This document shows, in pieces, positions 51,792 to 64,000 of a DNA stretch of 64,000 nt. The notes under the pieces were generated by a model that saw only the letters and a list, made by a program, of their open reading frames with translations, was not told the DNA's origin and did no database searches. Location: positions 11,842,001-11,906,000 of the forward strand of contig OZ004607.1 in the NCBI GenBank assembly GCA_963924565.1, given 5' to 3'. A program made the position numbers and the translations under genes. The stretch's first letter is position 1, and the number at the start of each line of letters is the position of its first letter. This stretch comes from Ascidiella aspersa. Taxonomy: Eukaryota.

Positions 51792-52980
51792 TTTTGTTTT
51801 CTTAAAGGCAGTTCAAAATAACGTAAAAGTCAATACAAGAACGTACAACTCACATGCCATCAGTTTTAAACATACTAGTTTTTCATCGAAAATTACAATT
51901 TAAGCGTTTTGCAAAACAGTAAGCAATTGAATAAACTACAAGATGGATGCAAAATATTAAAAAATATAAATACTAATAATATAGAGTCATCTTTTGATTA
52001 TTTTGAACTATTGCTTGTCAATTAATAAGATTTTACTTATGCTGGACCAACTAGCCCACGTTACCACACAAGCCTAGATTTCAAATATCCCACATTTTGG
52101 ACTGCACACTATTTTTTTTGATAAGGTGGAATGTTGTTTATTAATATTTTTTAATATGAAGTGTAAGGACATATTGAAATTTCTTAGGTTTGCTTTCATT
52201 GGAAAGAATGATAGATCACGAAAACCGTGTTGTTCTCTGGGTTATTGCACGAACGCACGTGTCACTAGCGAGATACTAAAAAAATCAATCCATGTGGCCT
52301 AACTCTGTACGTTCTGTGGGGAAAAAGCGGAGTATACTAGGTTACGCAAGGGGTTAAAAGGAGGCTAGGAAGTGCTATTTATGTTGAGCGCAGTGCTACA
52401 AGATGAGGCATTTTTATGTCGACGGATATCTTTCTATATATATTGCATTATTTCAAACACGTGGAGAATCGTACAACATTCACGATATCGTCGCACTGCT
52501 ACGCATGCATATTCCAATTCACAAATAATAATAATTATTTTAAATAGCATTGTTTGTGGTCGGTGGAATTGCTATTTCGCATCGAGGGTAACCTGCGAAA
52601 GGTTTCGGCGTCTTTTCGTAATTCGTAAGCCGCAAACGCTACTCTGAACACATTTCAGCATAAAAAAGTTCAGGGTAACAAAGAACAAGTAGGCCTATAT
52701 TTGCATAAAAGCATTTACTGCTACAAAGAAGTGAATAGGCTACAGCTATAGTTTACAGCGGATTTTTTTAATTGATTTCACCTGAGCGAACAACACAAGA
52801 ATCGTGAGAACAGCGGACACGTGATTTTCTGAAATTAATGGCAAGTACCGCAATAAGTGTAGAAAAATTGACGGTTAGATCCGAAATTTGTATTGGAATA
52901 CGGTGTGCTTTGTTGACAAGTCTGCCAGTTCGTGTTTATTTATTTCAATGTACACATTCGATAATAAGCTAATCTGAATT

Positions 52981-53099
52981 ACGTAATAAGAATATCAAAG
53001 CCCATGCAGAAGTAGGTATCATTTTGGACGTTTCGAATAATATTCGAAACGTCCAAAATGATACCTACTTCTGTATGGGCTTTGATATTCTTATTACGT
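52981..53099. repeat. Near-perfect 119-bp palindrome
   Basis: 59-bp arms 52981-53039 and 53041-53099, 1-nt spacer, one mismatch. Confidence 0.97.
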
Positions 53100-53648
53100 C
53101 TTACTACAACCTCCAACCATTATGCTCCAAAGATAATCTGAATTAAATTTTCAACAACTTTACTACGAGAAAATGTGTTAACCTCTTTCAGCTAACTCGC
53201 TTATTATGCCGCAGTGAGATGAGTTTTTTTAAAAAAAAAACTGCTAATGACGACAGGTCATGGCGTAACTTCTATTCGCCAAGTTTAAACAATAGGGCCT
53301 CTGCCCTTAAGATTCTTAAATCTGACCCTATAACTTAGTTATTCAGTACAGACAGCTGGATGGTAACCCTGTATTCGAACCATCATTCGTTCCACTCACA
53401 AGTTTTGGCGCACAAACTGTTTATTTTGCAGCGACTGAGTAGCCTCCAAAGCTGTTTGCCGTCTTATATTTGGTAAGGTATGAAAAGCCATGAAACTTAT
53501 AATTCTACGGCTTTTGGTGGCGCATGAAAGGTATTTTAAAGCACTAAATTCAACAGAACATACTTAATAGCATTTCACCCTTTAATCGTTTCTCCGAAGT
53601 AAATGGTACTAATGCAAACTGAAAACAATATAAAATAAACGCAAACTT

Positions 53649-61046
<7,398 letters not shown>

Positions 61047-61599
61047 GATATTTTATACACTGGTTGTAAAGCTTTCGCAAAACAACACGCCTGAGAAAAA
61101 AAAATCAAAATTTCCAGTGGCACAACACAACACAAGCGTTTTTGTAAATTGTTAAAACGTCTAATCTTCACCAGATTGACCTAATTTCCCTTTGGCTGAA
61201 GCCCTACGGAAATTACTCTAAACCAAAACGCAAATGGTCAGTTGATAGTACTCAAAACATTTCAAAGCATAGTAGAGTTGCAGGCCTATGCCTTTGCACC
61301 AACTTCCTGCGACAAGCGTAGTCCACAGCAGTTTTTAGAAAGGTTTTTTCGTTACGTTTTGCTTGGCAAATCAGGAGACAATTTCATCACGCAGCAAGAT
61401 TTTTACCATAAGCTATGATATTATATAAACGTTGTGTTCGAAATTCAAAGTATTGTTTCCAACCTCAACAAACTGTAAAAAAGTATCTGTGGGCAAGGAT
61501 GAAGCTAACGCCATTTGTAAGGCATAGTGCGGAGTCTGTCGGCCATGTTGACATTGTGGATTTGCTTGCTGTGTGCGAGTGAGTGTGCTTTGATGACAT

Positions 61600-61675
61600 A
61601 TTAGACGAAATACCCGGCGTTGCCCAGGTTAAATAGGAAATGGCAATCGATTTTATATATATATATATATATAAA
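61600..61675 (+). mobile_element. Possible Helitron/Helentron (DINE-1-like) terminus remnant with (TA)n
   Basis: TTAGACGAAATACCCGGCGTTGCCCAGGT resembles the ACTAGA..ACCCGGCGTTGCCCGGG start of such elements and is followed by a TA microsatellite. Confidence 0.45.
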
Positions 61676-61788
61676 GGTATGCATTTATGTGTTAAAAATA
61701 TATTTAACGTATTAAAAATGTAACAATTGTATTAATCAGGATAAAACTTTTTCTTTGAATTTTAACCCAAAAACGTGTTTGTTTACAT

Positions 61789-62042
61789 CAGGGGTCTGCA
61801 ACCTTTTTCTAGTCGCGGGCCAAACCAAACTAAGAAAGGTCTCTGCGGGCCGCATAAAGTGATAGGGCTAACTAAGAATTCCGTTATTGAAATGTTAGAA
61901 CAACTTTGAATCAGACTGGCCTCGGATATTTTTTGTACTTAAAAAACGTGTTTTATTACATTTAAAGAGGCACTAAAGTGTTGACGCAAAGCGCCGAAAA
62001 AACGTTTTGTTTGGTTTAAAATTCGAGTCCACACGTCGTCAT
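61789..62042. mobile_element. Truncated hAT MITE, family 2
   Basis: Aligns with 47542-47760 (CAGGGGTCTGCAACC ... CACACGTCGTCAT) and then stops abruptly. Confidence 0.8.
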
Positions 62043-62942
62043 TAGGGTTCCTCTTTTTCCCGGATTTTTTCACTCCCGGGAAACGGGATTGTAATAGTTC
62101 CATTAGAGTTTCGCCGACAGATTTTTGAAAATTTTCATTCGCTTTCTCATGAAGGCCCAAAGGAAATGCGCCAACTATAGTTTCAGAACGTTTTGTTTGG
62201 CCACGTATGGCGAAATATATAGTTTATTGGTGCAATATATGCATATCGTGTCAAAGAGCAAAGGTGACTCGTCACAACATTACACTGAACAACATTTAGC
62301 ACAAAATCCAAGTGGAATAAAATAGTCCCTAATTTTTACTCAATGCAAAGTGAATCGAAAACTTGGATTTTGGTTCATTATGCAGTTTATTTGCAAGCCA
62401 CAGCCCAGGAACTCAAGACCTGACAAGCATCATGATGACACTAAGTGAAGCAAAGTGGACTCATGATAAGTTATATCATTATTTGGAATCAAACTTGGAT
62501 CCGGTAACTACAGCCGACATGAACTTTGTGACTTCAACTGTAGAAAAAGCGAAATCAAAAAAGTAATGTAGGACGAAACATTTAGAATAAGTATTACATT
62601 AAAACAAACGAAAAATGGCACCGAGGGATGTATTCTTAACACTCTGTCCAACCTAAAGGGCAAGGAAAAGTTTGTTTTATTTATAGATGGAAAGGGTAGC
62701 GAACTGAATTGTTTGGCATTCCCTTCTCTTAAGAACGAAAAGTAGGCCAACCTACTAGATCACCTCCATAAGGTTAATTCATGGCAGCATTTTATTTTCG
62801 TTTTCTTTGTTAAAAAAATTACGATGTTTTAATGAAATTAAAATGTAGACAAGCGCCAAATTTAAACACTGAAAAATGATTTGAAAAACAACAAATTTAA
62901 ACAAATTACGAAAAAGAACAAAAAATTAAAAATAGTTCTCGA

Positions 62943-64000
62943 TTAAAACTTGTGCACTTTTTCTGTCAGTTCAGCAACATCATCACTGTGATAAGACGGT
63001 GGGCCACTTTTTGGTATATTGGTGTGCTGGACGATCGCTCCATTTTCTGGTAAAAAGCCCACATTGTTGTGAGCCCCACCTGTAAAAATATTAAATTTTA
63101 AGTTATATTTTTGGGGTTAAAAGTCATATTTTGAATATGCGTTTGCCCGCTTGATAAACTGTGATTTTTTGTCAACGAAATTCGAAATTCAAAGGCCACG
63201 AGCTTATTTGAGTATTTAACACAATTTGAAGCACCTTAAATAATTAACGTGCAATCAAATTAAGAAAAGAACACAAAAAACTTAAAGTAGGCACCTTTGT
63301 TTAAATCGTGATTACCCCCCGATAAATCTTTCCTCGGTGATTCCACATTGATTGCTTCCATGTTCCATTCGTTGCTGATTGGTCGAGTTGTGGCTTGTTT
63401 TGGAGGAAAGGCAAGTTTAAGCAACCCAATCATGGGCCATTCCACGGCGAGCGCGAGCAGAAAACCGATTCCAAACGAAAGTACAGTAGTAGCTGTGAAA
63501 AACGAAACATATTTGTAATCAGCAGATAACAAGTGATTTAGTCAATTGGCACATATCAAACGATTTGGCATCAAAAAGTAATTTTTTTGTCAAACATTTC
63601 TGTTGTTGAAAGGTAGCCTACTATTACACTTAAATGTAGAAATAATAATAATAATAGTAATTGCATTTACAAAAGAGCGTTATTAAAACAAACTAAATTA
63701 TTTTTTTCTCAAAGTCGAAGTGGCATTTAAAAAAAATTCAGGTGCATTTTGTTTCTGAAAACAGGTTATTTTTTTATTTGTAGGCCTTAGTTTTAACAGT
63801 AAAGAAGTCAAAACCCGAATCCAAATCTTTACAATAACAACAGCAAAAAATAAATCCGTGTCTACCTGAGTCAAGTTATCTATCGTCTTTAAGCTTAGTC
63901 GATGTAACATTTCTTAGTTTAACAAATGTCTCTTTACTTTTAACCAGAAGAGATATGTGATTAAATGGTTCTAACGTACCTAAATATATATACACCATAT
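62943..64000 (-). CDS. nrf-6: NRF-6/OACYL-like paralog E, 5'-partial (end of exon 13, exons 14-15)
   Basis: Exon pieces 64000-63980, 63492-63295, 63079-62943 (TAA). ATTVLSFGIGFLLALAVEWPMIGLLKLAFPPK...GPPSYHSDDVAELTEKVHKF*. Introns and 3' flank still align with C/D. Confidence 0.9.

Noticed and set aside
53330-53440. GGTTCGAAT B-box on the minus strand suggesting a tRNA or SINE
   Set aside because: No cloverleaf or clear A-box.
62043-62566. Possible transposase remnant (TAGGGTT...CCCGGGAAACGGGA start and 66-67-aa ORFs)
   Set aside because: No second TIR or catalytic motif recognised; probably repeat-derived but I cannot support a call.

Overview
AT-rich, intron-dense animal nuclear DNA. The short introns, the gene content and the splice acceptors just upstream of several start codons suggest a tunicate or similar invertebrate, but this is inference only. 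The ORF track shows only exon fragments; I assembled the genes by hand from splice sites and exon phases. (1) Five NRF-6/OACYL-like acyltransferase-3 paralogs: A (minus, 3' part off the left edge), B, C and D (plus, complete, 15 exons) and E (minus, last exons only). C and D lie in a near-identical 11.87-kb tandem duplication (18008-29880 / 29881-41751). (2) A 16-exon intelectin-like gene (minus, about 617 aa) with an unusual design: Tyr-motif cytoplasmic tail, type II transmembrane helix, a roughly 220-aa insert inside the intelectin fold, and an altered sugar/Ca2+ site. Its last exon was also copied by the duplication. (3) A 9-exon PTGR1 with a +1 frameshift in a T8 run of the last exon. (4) Many non-autonomous DNA transposons (hAT-type MITEs with 8-bp TSDs, a Chapaev3-like element nested in a Harbinger-like MITE), one near-perfect 119-bp palindrome, and a foldback carrying a decayed hammerhead-like motif. 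No rRNA, tRNA or CRISPR array was seen.
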